From Armatimonadota bacterium (GTDB lineage: Bacteria > Armatimonadota > SYMT01), in NCBI GenBank assembly GCA_041690135.1, contig JAWLHY010000002.1, forward strand, positions 160,001 to 224,000: DNA of 64,000 bases, read 5' to 3'. A program made the translations under genes and the position numbers. Position 1 is the first letter of the stretch. Each line of letters opens with the position of its first letter. Positions 1-9,579 of this stretch are shown piece after piece. The notes beneath the pieces are model-generated. The model saw only the letters and a program-made list of their open reading frames with translations. It was not told the DNA's origin and searched no databases.

Positions 1-669
1 CCCCGCAACCTCCTCTGGAATCTCTTTCTCGCCGTGGTGCCCGTGGTGCTCGCCTATCTCCTGGCGTGGGGCCTGGGGAAGGGCGGGCGACGGCCGCTGC
101 CGCTCTGGATTTGCTTGCCGATCGCCCTGGTGTGGCTGGTGTTCCTGCCGAATACCTGTTACCTGCTCACGGAGTGGCGGCACCTGCTGTTCGACCGCCG
201 GTGGGCGGGATTGCTCGACGCGGGCCGGACCGACCGGATCGCCATGCTGCGGACGGCCAAGTGGGCGCTCTTCTTCCTCGCTTACAGCGGGGTCGGCGTG
301 CTACTCTTCGCCCTGGCGGTGCGGCCGATGGAGCAGTGGGCGCGCGCCAATGGGCGCAACCCCGTCCCCTTCGCACCGGTCTTCTTCTTCCTCATGTCGC
401 TCGGTGTCTACCTCGGCTTGATCGAGCGCCTCAACTCCTGGGACCTCTTCAATCGCCCTTCTTACGTCTGGCAGGAGGCGGTGGAGGGTGTCACCAACCG
501 CATGCTCCTGCTCTCCATCGGCATCTTCGCTCTACTCCTCTGGGGCCTCTACGAGGCGGTGGACATCTGGGTGGACGGGGTCGCCGAACGCCTCCAACGC
601 CTCGGAGGCGGCGGGGGTGGTGGGGGTGGCGGTAAGCCTCCAGTGAGAAGTAGCAAGAAAAAGAAATAG
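1..669 (+). CDS. DUF1361-family membrane protein (5'-truncated by window)
   Basis: Frame open from base 1 (PRNLLWNLFLAVVP...); WNLFLA, FLPN.YL.T and G.YLG...R.NSWD motifs; several TM segments. Confidence 0.75.
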   Translation, partial: PRNLLWNLFLAVVPVVLAYLLAWGLGKGGRRPLPLWICLPIALVWLVFLPNTCYLLTEWRHLLFDRRWAGLLDAGRTDRIAMLRTAKWALFFLAYSGVGVLLFALAVRPMEQWARANGRNPVPFAPVFFFLMSLGVYLGLIERLNSWDLFNRPSYVWQEAVEGVTNRMLLLSIGIFALLLWGLYEAVDIWVDGVAERLQRLGGGGGGGGGGKPPVRSSKKKK

Positions 670-770
670 AGAGTACGGTCGTCTCTGCGAGGAGGGGTAA
701 AACCCAGCCGCCTTCACAGATCACTGCCGCCCCACTGTCGAAGCGCAGCCATCGTGAACCTGCACCCCGG

Positions 771-849
771 TACCCAACGTGGCAGGCCCCCTGGTCAGGG
801 AAGCTGTGCTTACCCAGACGTGGCAAGCCTCCGGGTCAGGGAAGTTGTG
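771..849 (+). repeat. Two imperfect ~39-bp direct repeats upstream of folD
   Basis: TACCCAACGTGGCAGGCCCCCTGGTCAGGGAAGCTGTG (771-808) and TACCCAGACGTGGCAAGCCTCCGGGTCAGGGAAGTTGTG (811-849). Confidence 0.8.
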
Positions 850-955
850 TCGCACCTGAATTCCTACGCCCAAACAGAACGGCGTGAGATAATTGCTTCC
901 GGCGGGCATGTGGGAATAACAGGCCCGGCATGCGAACGGACAAGGGAGGGCGCGA

Positions 956-1816
956 ATGGCGGCGGAGATCATCGACGGTCAGCGGATTTCGAAGGAGATC
1001 CTGGAAGAAGTACGGATCGAGACCGAGGCGTTGAAGGGACAGGGAGTCCATCCGGGGCTGGCAGTTGTTATGGTGGGAGAGGACCCGGCCTCGCAGATTT
1101 ACGTGCGGAAGAAGCTGGAGATCGCCCACGGCCTGGGTATCCACAGCGAGGACCACATCCTGCCGGCCTCGATTTCGCAGGAAGAGTTGCACAGGGTCAT
1201 CGCCCAATTGAATGCCGACCCGAAGATCCACGGGATCCTCGTCCAGTCGCCGGTGCCCGCGCCGCTGAACGAGCGCGCCGCTCTGAATGCCGTCGATCCG
1301 CGCAAGGACGTAGACGGCCTGCACCCCCTGAACGCCGGCGCCCTGATGCACGGCGGAACCCCGATGCCGCCCTGCACCCCCGCCGGCTGCCTGGAGATGC
1401 TGCGCCGCACCGGCGTGGACCCCAGCGGCAAGGAAGCGGTGATCGTGGGGCGCAGCGACCTGGTCGGCAAGCCGGTGGCCATGCTGCTGCTGCACGCCAA
1501 CGCTACCGTGACTCTCTGCCACAGCCGCACGCGGGACCTGCCTGCGGTCTGCCGGCGCGCCGATATCCTGGTGGTAGCGATCGGACGCCCTCGCATGATC
1601 GACGCCAACTACGTGAAGGAAGGCGCCGTGGTCATTGACGTGGGCATCAACCGGGTGGATGGCAAGGTGGTGGGGGATGTCGACATGGCGTCGGTGAGCG
1701 AGAAGGCCGCGGCCCTGACTCCCGTGCCCCGTGGCGTCGGCCCGATGACCATCGCCATGCTGATGAAGAACACCCTCACCGCCGCGCGCCTGGCGCACGG
1801 ACTGCCGCTCCAATAA
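956..1816 (+). CDS. folD: Bifunctional methylenetetrahydrofolate dehydrogenase/cyclohydrolase
   Basis: YVRKK, HGILVQ.P, KDVDGLHP.N, PCTP.G, GRSDLVGKP, DVGIN, TPVP.GVGPMT; RBS GGAGG. Confidence 0.97.
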   Translation: MAAEIIDGQRISKEILEEVRIETEALKGQGVHPGLAVVMVGEDPASQIYVRKKLEIAHGLGIHSEDHILPASISQEELHRVIAQLNADPKIHGILVQSPVPAPLNERAALNAVDPRKDVDGLHPLNAGALMHGGTPMPPCTPAGCLEMLRRTGVDPSGKEAVIVGRSDLVGKPVAMLLLHANATVTLCHSRTRDLPAVCRRADILVVAIGRPRMIDANYVKEGAVVIDVGINRVDGKVVGDVDMASVSEKAAALTPVPRGVGPMTIAMLMKNTLTAARLAHGLPLQ

Positions 1817-1856
1817 GAGGGCCAGACGGTTCGGACTTGGATGCGGGCGGGTTAGT

Positions 1857-1972
1857 TAGCCCCGGAGGGGCGTCGGAGAATAGCCGGGGGTGAGCGTAGC
1901 GCTACCCCCGGAAGATACCGTGAACGCCCATACCAAGCCCTGAAAGGGCGGCAGAGGACAGCCTTTGTAACC
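1857..1972 (+). repeat. Composite REP-like palindromic element (copy 1)
   Basis: Three hairpins AGCCCCGGAGGGGCG / CCGGGGG..CCCCCGG / AGCCCTGAAAGGGCG; a reverse-oriented copy lies at 36387-36494. Confidence 0.75.
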
Positions 1973-2042
1973 ACCGAGCCGCCCTGCGTGTGAAAAGACC
2001 AGCAGCCGAGAATCCCGTTAAGGCATACGGGAGACTCAGGCG

Positions 2043-2528
2043 ATGCTGGAACCGATCCTGGAGCGACGCATATCGAGCCGGGCCTTTACCGGCCCTTACA
2101 TTCTGGGCGGGCTGGCGGCGGTGGGGATCGCCGTGGTCACCGGCCTTTTCGCACCGCCCTTGATTCCGCTGGCGCTTCTACCGCCCGCGGGGGTGTTCGT
2201 TTACTCCCGGCTGGCAATGGCGGGAAACCGCTACCGGCTGTTCGCGGACCGGCTGGAGGTGGAAAGCGGCCTCCTGACGCGGAGCATCGAGAACGTGGAG
2301 CTGTTCCGGGTCCGCGACGTGGGCCTGCGCCAGGGCATCCTGGGCCGGCTCGCGAACTTCGGCGACGTCTACCTGCAGAGCACCGATGCCAGCACGCCGG
2401 ACGTCCGCCTCACCAGCGTCGACGCCCCCAAGCAGGTGTATGAGGAGATCCGCCACCTGGTCTCCGAGAGCCGCGCCGGCCACCGCACCCTCATTCTGGA
2501 GCAGGGACAGGCTGTTGACGAAGGGTGA
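2043..2528 (+). CDS. Membrane protein with bacterial PH domain (bPH_2/DUF304-like)
   Basis: 2 TM segments followed by YRL...RL....G.L....EL.RV.DV...Q..LGRL..FG. Confidence 0.8.
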   Translation: MLEPILERRISSRAFTGPYILGGLAAVGIAVVTGLFAPPLIPLALLPPAGVFVYSRLAMAGNRYRLFADRLEVESGLLTRSIENVELFRVRDVGLRQGILGRLANFGDVYLQSTDASTPDVRLTSVDAPKQVYEEIRHLVSESRAGHRTLILEQGQAVDEG

Positions 2529-2988
2529 ACTGTTGACGCAGCAGGTTCACCTGCCCGGCGTGGTAATGATCGTGCTCGATCACGATGCCGAGCACCTCGA
2601 GGACAGAGAGGCGCTCCCCTTCCAGTGTGACGAGGGTCTCGAGCCAGCCCTCCCGTTCGGAGTTCTCCTCCAGCAGCCGCGCCATCCGCGCGTGTCCGCT
2701 CCGCAGCCATTCCAGCATCCCGGACCAGCCGAAGTCGTGCGGCAGCACCGCCTCCGCATCCGGGAAGCCGCCCCCCTCCAGGCCGTCCGCAATCACGTGC
2801 TTCCACGCCGCGACGTGCCACACGATCCCGGCGATGGACCCGTCCAGCCCCACCCCGAACCGCTCCCGCCGCCAGTTCGCATCCACCCCCCACCACGCCT
2901 CGGCCTCGGTTACCCCCTCCAGGCTCCGCCCCAACTCCCGATGCGCGTGCCCCAGTCGATCACTCACATAAGTATGCAGAGGAGGCAT
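2491..2988 (-). CDS. DinB/YfiT-family protein
   Basis: SIAGIVWHVAAW and HDHYHAGQ His motifs; likely ATG at 2988. Confidence 0.8.
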   Translation of the reverse strand: MPPLHTYVSDRLGHAHRELGRSLEGVTEAEAWWGVDANWRRERFGVGLDGSIAGIVWHVAAWKHVIADGLEGGGFPDAEAVLPHDFGWSGMLEWLRSGHARMARLLEENSEREGWLETLVTLEGERLSVLEVLGIVIEHDHYHAGQVNLLRQQFTLRQQPVPAPE

Positions 2989-3050
2989 TGACTTCTCCGC
3001 AGGCTTGAAGCCTGCCCAAAAGGTATCAGCTGCACCCAGACCTGCCAGTG

Positions 3051-3656
3051 TCAGTCCGGCGAGCATTGCGTCGCCAGGACGCCAGCAGGATCAACGGCGC
3101 CACGCACCGTCTGCCGGATCCACTCCTCTCGCAGGAGGGCGTACCAATATTCGCTGCTCCACCGCCCCTTAAACCACGTACTGGCGATTGTGTGGCCCTC
3201 GCGCCGCATTCCGACCCGCGCAAGCAGTCGCGCCGAAGAATGGTTGTCCGCATCGCAGGTAGCACGAACACGATGCAGTGCGAGATCTTCGAACAGGTAA
3301 GCAAGCAACCTGGTTACGGCTTCCGTGGCAAAGCCCTGGTGTTGAGCCGACCGACGCAACGTGAAGCCGATGTCCGCCTGGCGACTATCCTCGGCAAGAA
3401 GGCAGAAGGCACAGTCGCCCAGCAGGTCGGCGGTTTCCTTGCATTCGATGGCGATCTGGTACCAGGCGCCGGGAGTCGCGGGTCGCGCATCATAGAGCTC
3501 CGCCAGAAAAGCGGTAGCCTGGGCCTGGGTATACGGGACATCCCAAGACTGGTACCTGGCAACCTGCGGATCGGAGCGGTAAGCGGCGAACGCAGGTACA
3601 TCCGTCTTCCGGAAGGACCGAAGAAACAATCGCGGCGTTTCTAGCTCGGGGAACAT
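3051..3656 (-). CDS. GNAT N-acetyltransferase, RimJ/RimL type
   Basis: LETPRL.LR, QHQGFATEA, N..S.RLL..VGM..EG. Confidence 0.9.
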   Translation of the reverse strand: MFPELETPRLFLRSFRKTDVPAFAAYRSDPQVARYQSWDVPYTQAQATAFLAELYDARPATPGAWYQIAIECKETADLLGDCAFCLLAEDSRQADIGFTLRRSAQHQGFATEAVTRLLAYLFEDLALHRVRATCDADNHSSARLLARVGMRREGHTIASTWFKGRWSSEYWYALLREEWIRQTVRGAVDPAGVLATQCSPD

Positions 3657-3860
3657 AAATCCATCACCTGAAGTTGTTATGGTTGCTAAGCAGATATGTT
3701 TGCTTTACGGCCCAAACTGCTCCACGCCCATCCCAAAACGAGATCGGCCCTGCAACGGCAGCTTTTTGGTTCTGGCTATATTCTACGAGCCGACTTCCGC
3801 TAGAAGGATCCCCGATCACCGGCCCGGGCTAAATACCGGAAAACCATCGTCCAAGGGATC

Positions 3861-4043
3861 GGCCGAACACCTGAACACGCGAGCACCTGAAAACCCGACG
3901 AGCCTTCCAACTTGCTAACCTGCAACTCGGATCCCGTTTCGCCAACACGTACCCGTTACCGACAACAGGGGTCCCCAACCTTTAGCCCCCGAGGGGGGCT
4001 TCAACTTTCAACCTGCCAACTTTCAACCTGCCAACCTTCAACT
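3861..4043. repeat. Short tandem repeats (CCTGAACA-type octamers, TTCAACC-type heptamers) with an embedded 19-nt hairpin
   Basis: GCCGAACA CCTGAACA CGCGAGCA CCTGAAAA; TTCAACT TTCAACC TGCCAAC...; TTTAGCCCCCGAGGGGGGC at 3981-3999. Confidence 0.75.
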
Positions 4044-4084
4044 CTGGTCCGGTCCCCGCCAAACCGTTCTCCTACCGGAAACCC

Positions 4085-5062
4085 CTAGAACCAGTTCCGC
4101 TTGTCCACCACGTTCACCAGTGGCTGGTCGGCGGCGAAGCGACGGCAGTTCTCGATGAAGATCTCGGTGCGGCGCTCCTGGAGGTAGGGCCCCTCGCCGC
4201 CCATGTGCGGGGTGAGCAGCGCGTTGGGCGCCGTCCAGAGCGGGTGATCGGCCGGCAGCGGCTCGATCTGGTAGACGTCCAGGCCCGCTCCCGCGATCTC
4301 ACCGGCTTCCAGGGCGGCGACCAGGTCGTCCAGGACCACGATGGCGCCGCGGCTGATATTGATCAGGTAGGCGGAAGGCTTCATCTTCCGGAGGCGTTCC
4401 CGGTCGAAGAGGCCCTGGGTCTGCGGCGTTTCCGGCGCGGTGCTGATGACGAAGTCGGCCTGGGGGAGCAGACCGTCGAGGGCCTCCGGGCGGTGCAACT
4501 CGGCGACGCCCTCGGGGGCCGTTTCCCGGCGCGGATCGACGCCCACCACCTTCACGCCGAAGGCCGCCAACATCCGGGCGGCTTCCGCGCCGATCCCTCC
4601 CACGCCCACCAGCAAGGCGGTAGCCTCGGGCAGGTGGACCAGCGGCGCCTCGGGGTTCCACTCCCGGTGAAGCTGCCGGGGGATGTACCGGTGGAAGCCG
4701 CGGGAGAACGCCAGGACGAACGCCATGATGTGCGCGCCGAGGTGGTCGTTGAAGATCTCGCGGAAATTAGTGACCACCACCGGGTGCTCCACCAGTTCGG
4801 GATAGTAGTAACCCGCGGGCGGCCCGGCCATCGGCGCCTGGATCCAGCGCAGCCGGGTGGCGCGCTGCAGCAGGTCCGACGTCACCGTCCCGAACACCGC
4901 ATCGGCATCGACAATCGCTTCCGGCGCCGCGGCGAGGTCTTCCAGCATCACGACCTCGGCGCCGGGGACGGCTTCGCGGATGAGACCGGGCCAGTGCTCC
5001 TGGTAGGACGGCGGAAGCAGGACGATCTTGAACGGCCGCGCGGGGCCGGAGGGATGGCTCAT
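4085..5062 (-). CDS. D-2-hydroxyacid dehydrogenase
   Basis: GVGGIG NAD motif, NISRG, GAGLDV...EPLP, TPHMGG. Confidence 0.93.
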   Translation of the reverse strand: MSHPSGPARPFKIVLLPPSYQEHWPGLIREAVPGAEVVMLEDLAAAPEAIVDADAVFGTVTSDLLQRATRLRWIQAPMAGPPAGYYYPELVEHPVVVTNFREIFNDHLGAHIMAFVLAFSRGFHRYIPRQLHREWNPEAPLVHLPEATALLVGVGGIGAEAARMLAAFGVKVVGVDPRRETAPEGVAELHRPEALDGLLPQADFVISTAPETPQTQGLFDRERLRKMKPSAYLINISRGAIVVLDDLVAALEAGEIAGAGLDVYQIEPLPADHPLWTAPNALLTPHMGGEGPYLQERRTEIFIENCRRFAADQPLVNVVDKRNWF

Positions 5063-5110
5063 GAAGCGGATCTCCGAGAAAGTGGTCAGGGGAAGGGGCC
5101 GGTGGGAGGC

Positions 5111-5683
5111 CTACCGGGAAGAGGGGGCCTCGCCCGCGGGATCGGTCGTCCGTGGAGAGGCATCCCGGTCCAGGATCACCCCGTCCAGCGGCGGTCCCGG
5201 CGGAGACACCACCGGCCGGGGCGGGACGGGCGGCGCGGGCGGAACCCGGTCGAAGGGATCCTGCAGCGAGGGCCGAGCCGGCACTTCAACCGGCGTGGGC
5301 GGGACGAGTTGCGGGGCCGGGCTACTGCTGGTCAGGAAGTGAAGCAGGATGGGCGTCGTGAGCAGGGAAAACCCCAGCATCACGGCCGCGATACGGTTCC
5401 GTCTTTGCTCCAGAGTAGGGGAGTGGACGTGCGCCCGGGGCTGCACCGCCGCCTCCGCCTTCGCCCGCTGCGCGCGGGTAGCCGCCACCGCCGCCAGCAG
5501 CTCCTCCGGCGTGGCCTGGAGCCCCAGCTCGTTGATGGCCTCCCCGATGGAGATGGTGCGGGAGCGCTCCAGCGTTTCCCGCTCCCGGCGCGCTTCCAGG
5601 GCGGACATCGCCTCCACCAGCTCTTCCGGCGTGACCCGGACCTGCTCCGCGCGCGGCTCCTCTGCCTGCGTAAACTGCTGCAT
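5111..5683 (-). CDS. Hypothetical single-pass membrane protein with Pro-rich C-terminus
   Basis: RBS GGAGG; repeated TPEEL motif; one TM; typical codon bias. Confidence 0.6.
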   Translation of the reverse strand: MQQFTQAEEPRAEQVRVTPEELVEAMSALEARRERETLERSRTISIGEAINELGLQATPEELLAAVAATRAQRAKAEAAVQPRAHVHSPTLEQRRNRIAAVMLGFSLLTTPILLHFLTSSSPAPQLVPPTPVEVPARPSLQDPFDRVPPAPPVPPRPVVSPPGPPLDGVILDRDASPRTTDPAGEAPSSR

Positions 5684-5714
5684 CGCTCGGCCTCCTCCCG
5701 GGTGATTCTACCAC

Positions 5715-6215
5715 TCAATCCCTTTCGGCACCCGTCCCGGAGAGGAGATACCGTACATCCTCCTCCAAATGGGGCCACCGCCGCTCCAGTGCGTTGAGGG
5801 AGAGGACTTCCTTTCCTGCAAGCGAGACCTCCTCCAGTTCCACCCGGTTGCCTCGCACGCTGTGCACGAGCACCGCGATCGAAGGGACTACGGGTTGGAG
5901 GCGCCGCAGTCCCTCGAATAGGTGGGCGACAGCCTCGCTCTGCTTAGGTGAACGCTTCAGGCTGCAAGAGCACCCACGCACCTCCTCGCTGGCCCGGGTC
6001 CACGGCAAGTCCCCGATCAAGAACGCCGACCCCGCTTTCGGACCGCCCAGGGTAGCCTTCCCGATGGATAACGTCCTGGCATTCAGTAAGTACAAGCTCT
6101 CGGCGAATGTCGTTTCCAACACGGAAGCCTCCGCGGGCGCCGACACGCAAACCAGGAAGCATCCATGCGCCGGAAGGAGTTCCGCGTATTCTAATTGCTT
6201 GCGATCCGAAGCCAT
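5715..6215 (-). CDS. Hypothetical protein
   Basis: ORF with RBS GGAGAG before ATG 6215; no recognised motif. Confidence 0.4.
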   Translation of the reverse strand: MASDRKQLEYAELLPAHGCFLVCVSAPAEASVLETTFAESLYLLNARTLSIGKATLGGPKAGSAFLIGDLPWTRASEEVRGCSCSLKRSPKQSEAVAHLFEGLRRLQPVVPSIAVLVHSVRGNRVELEEVSLAGKEVLSLNALERRWPHLEEDVRYLLSGTGAERD

Positions 6216-6494
6216 GCTCTCCCCCGGGTCACTCTGCGTAAGAACAACGTTCTGACGGTAGAATACCATCTCCCAGTATGAGAACGCTCTCCAGCGTCTC
6301 GCGGGTGCCCCCGGTTCCGATGCGCCCGCCCAGGACATCGAAGAGGGAATGGAGCAACTGTAGCCCCGCCCCGACTACCGTGGGCTACCTGCACAACGGA
6401 AGCAGGCTCCCACTGATCCAGTGGAAGCCTGCACAACCGTTTTCTTTACCAGCGCCGAACGCGGCCGGCACGGTTCTCCTCTTCTCAAGTTCCC

Positions 6495-6535
6495 CTCTGC
6501 GCCGGCTCTGCGTTCTCCGCGTCTCCGCGGTTGAA
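6495..6535 (-). repeat. Nonamer-type repeat (AACCGCGGAGACGCGGAG family)
   Basis: Related copies at 56959-57000, 57151-57180, 58486-58525. Confidence 0.65.
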
Positions 6536-6542
6536 TCCGGCC

Positions 6543-7589
6543 CTACCCCCGAGGACCGGGGTGGGGCGTGGTGAGGGGCTTTTCGGCGATGTAGACCCAC
6601 GTGTGCACGTGCGGCGCGCCGCGGAAATACCACACCATGGTGGGGCCTTCGAGGCGCCAGACATCCCAGACCTTGTCGTTGCCGACATCTTCCGCCTGGT
6701 AGAACGCCATGTTCAGGCTCTGGAGACCGCCGTTGGCTTTAATGTAGCGCCGGGCCTCGTCCTGGTCCGCCTTGCGGATCGGGGCCAGCAGGTCTTCCAG
6801 CACTTTGCCCACCAGCTCCCGCTGGTCGCGGCTCATGTCGGCAACCGGCAGGCCGGGCCGCTCCTCCTTCGCCCGGGAAAGCAGGGTGCGGGGGGTCTCC
6901 TGCGGCACGCCGGTGGTTACCAGCGCCTTCTCCCGCTGCTTGCCGTCGAGGGCGGTGAACACCTCGTTGGCCCGCACCGCCTGGTACCAGTAGACGTTCC
7001 CCGGGTGGTCCGGCTTCTCGTTGAAACTCTCCGCCGCGTGGCCGTAGAAGATGGGACCGCCGAACGCCACGCCCGGCTCGCTGTTGCCGTCCACGCGCAT
7101 CGTCAGGTGGCGGCCGGTGAGCACCCACTCGAACTGGTCCGTCGCCGGCTTGCCGAAGATCGCGACGTTGTAGGCGTTGAGTCCCTCGGGACCGGCGTCG
7201 TCCCGCATCTGCTTCAGGCGCTTTTGCACCCACTCCTCGGAGGAGTGCGACTGCTTGAAGATGGCGGTAATGATCTCCTGCTGCTCCGGCTTGAAGAACT
7301 TGCCGATGGTCTGCGGCACGATGTGCCAGTTATTGGAGATCATCAGGCGCTTCGGATGATCCCAGCCGAAGCAGACCGCGCTCTTCTGCTCGTCGGAAAG
7401 GGTGCCGTAGAGCTGGGCGACCAGTGACTCCTGGCTGCCGGCCGGCGCGGCCGCAGCCGGTCGGGCGGTGGCGAAGAGCGGAAGGCTGCCCGCTGCCCCC
7501 GCGACGGCCGCGGCTCCCAGCCCCTTCAGCAATTCGCGGCGGCTGATCCCGTCGCAGTCCGGGCAGTGGTCCAACGGTTTCTCTGACAT
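6543..7589 (-). CDS. DUF3500-family protein with Tat signal
   Basis: SRRELLK Tat motif; IFG.P....FEW..TGRH.T, FGGPIFYG, FRG.PHVH motifs. Confidence 0.75.
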   Translation of the reverse strand: MSEKPLDHCPDCDGISRRELLKGLGAAAVAGAAGSLPLFATARPAAAAPAGSQESLVAQLYGTLSDEQKSAVCFGWDHPKRLMISNNWHIVPQTIGKFFKPEQQEIITAIFKQSHSSEEWVQKRLKQMRDDAGPEGLNAYNVAIFGKPATDQFEWVLTGRHLTMRVDGNSEPGVAFGGPIFYGHAAESFNEKPDHPGNVYWYQAVRANEVFTALDGKQREKALVTTGVPQETPRTLLSRAKEERPGLPVADMSRDQRELVGKVLEDLLAPIRKADQDEARRYIKANGGLQSLNMAFYQAEDVGNDKVWDVWRLEGPTMVWYFRGAPHVHTWVYIAEKPLTTPHPGPRG

Positions 7590-7805
7590 GGAGTGCCTCC
7601 TCAGGCGGTGAAAAGATCCATTTCCAAGGACGTTGAATAGGGGCATTCGGTTTACCTTCCGGATGCGTACAGCAAAAACAGCCTCGCCGGGTGCGGGGAT
7701 CCTGAATCCCCCGGGGCACCGGGTGAGGCTGTTTTCTTCGTTTGTCGCCCTTCCAGCCCAGACGTCCCCAGACTCCCGGCAAGCTCAAACCTTAAGAGAG
7801 CGCCT

Positions 7806-8279
<474 letters not shown>

Positions 8280-8293
8280 AGCCGGACCTCTCC

Positions 8294-9007
8294 CTACAGC
8301 GTGCCGCCTTCGGGCCAGTTTCGCCAATCGGTGTTGGGGTCGGCGGTCGGCCGGTAGCGGGAGGCGTCCCCGGTGACCAGTACATCCGCGATCATCCGGA
8401 ACGTCTCGGACTGGCTGGGCAGCTCGTCGCTGGCCAGGTCCGGGTGGTGCCATTCGTCCAGGCGCAGGATCTGGGGAAGGTCGGCGGGGATGCGCGCCCG
8501 CAGCTCTTCCTCGGTGGCGAGGAGGAGCTCCCGGTGCTCCGGCAGCAGGCTGCGGAGCAGGTCGGCGCCGCGAATCTCGGGCGGCGCAACCAGCTCGATG
8601 CCTTTTGCCGCCAGGGCGTCCGGAGCCAGGTGCAGAGGCACGACCTGGTCCCGAAGGGTGAGCGACCGGGCCTCGGGAAGCACCACCTCGCTGCACTCGT
8701 CCTCAAACGTGGGGCCGTCGGGCCCCTCGGAAACAGGATGGAGGAAGTCCTCGTTCGCCGTGCCGGGCGCCCGCTTCAGGCAGTTTCCGAACAGGTGGAG
8801 GGCGTTATCGAACCCGTCGAACCCTCCTGCCCGCGGGCTGTACCCGACCACCTCGATCACCAGCGCCCACCGCTCCGGATCCCGGTAAGCGGTCAACCGC
8901 ACCGTGCCCAGGTAAACGTAGCCGTTGTCCAGCATCGGGAAGGTGTATTCCCGCGCGCAGGCATCGAACTGCTGCAGGATCTCGTCGAAGTTGTAGGCGC
9001 TAGTCAT
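8294..9007 (-). CDS. Conserved hypothetical protein (DUF7003-like)
   Basis: FPMLDNGYVY, WALVIE.VG, LDEWHHPD, PSQSETF, PNTDW.NWP motifs. Confidence 0.6.
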   Translation of the reverse strand: MTSAYNFDEILQQFDACAREYTFPMLDNGYVYLGTVRLTAYRDPERWALVIEVVGYSPRAGGFDGFDNALHLFGNCLKRAPGTANEDFLHPVSEGPDGPTFEDECSEVVLPEARSLTLRDQVVPLHLAPDALAAKGIELVAPPEIRGADLLRSLLPEHRELLLATEEELRARIPADLPQILRLDEWHHPDLASDELPSQSETFRMIADVLVTGDASRYRPTADPNTDWRNWPEGGTL

Positions 9008-9077
9008 GGGGAGTAAGGGGGAGTAAGGGGGCCCTGCGTCAACTTTGCGATTGGCACTCGTCAGGCCAACCCCATTC

Positions 9078-9103
9078 GTAGGGGCACCGGCTCTGGTTGC
9101 CCT
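9078..9103 (+). repeat. REP-like GTAG hairpin
   Basis: GTAGGGGCACCGGCTCTGGTTGCCCT. Confidence 0.5.
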
Positions 9104-9207
9104 GTCCTGAACGAGATCAGCGCGTGCAAAACCGTAGTCACCGGTGGGCACGGAGCCGGCCAGTTGCTCGCCCACCTGCCGACCCCGCCTCACCCGTTTC
9201 CACGCTC

Positions 9208-9579
9208 CTACGTGTCGTGGACACCCGCACCCGCGCGCGCCCGACCCGCAGGGAATGCGACCACCAGGTGCCCCGCCGCGCACCCTCCCCACATGCAGAA
9301 CAGGAGAAGACCGCTCTCATCCCCCTTACTGAAGAACCGGTAAAGCCCCATCCCCGCCCACGCCAGCAGTAACCCCACCGCAACGCGCGAAGTCGCCCTC
9401 CGGCGCCGCCCGCCCAGCGTCCCCGAAAGGGTGCCGGCCAGCAACCCGGAGGCCAGACCCACTGTATTGATTACCCATGCGGACGGAATGCCGAGGGATT
9501 TGGCGAGGAACCCCAGGGTCAGTGCGAGTAGCCAGAATACCAGGGCGGCGGCCTGGAAGGGGTGCCGGCGGACCATCAC
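9208..9579 (-). CDS. Small hypothetical membrane protein
   Basis: About 4 hydrophobic segments; start overlaps the stop of the upstream SBP gene. Confidence 0.5.
   Translation of the reverse strand: MMVRRHPFQAAALVFWLLALTLGFLAKSLGIPSAWVINTVGLASGLLAGTLSGTLGGRRRRATSRVAVGLLLAWAGMGLYRFFSKGDESGLLLFCMWGGCAAGHLVVAFPAGRARAGAGVHDT

Noticed and set aside
604-633. Poly-Gly G-rich tract as a regulatory G-quadruplex
   Set aside because: Explained as a low-complexity C-terminal tail of the DUF1361 protein; no further support.
735-850. SRP RNA or ZTP/THF riboswitch before folD (GGTCAGGGAAG, GCAGCC)
   Set aside because: Lacks the CAGG-GNRA-AGCAG SRP helix order and the recognisable riboswitch cores; kept only as an unexplained repeat.
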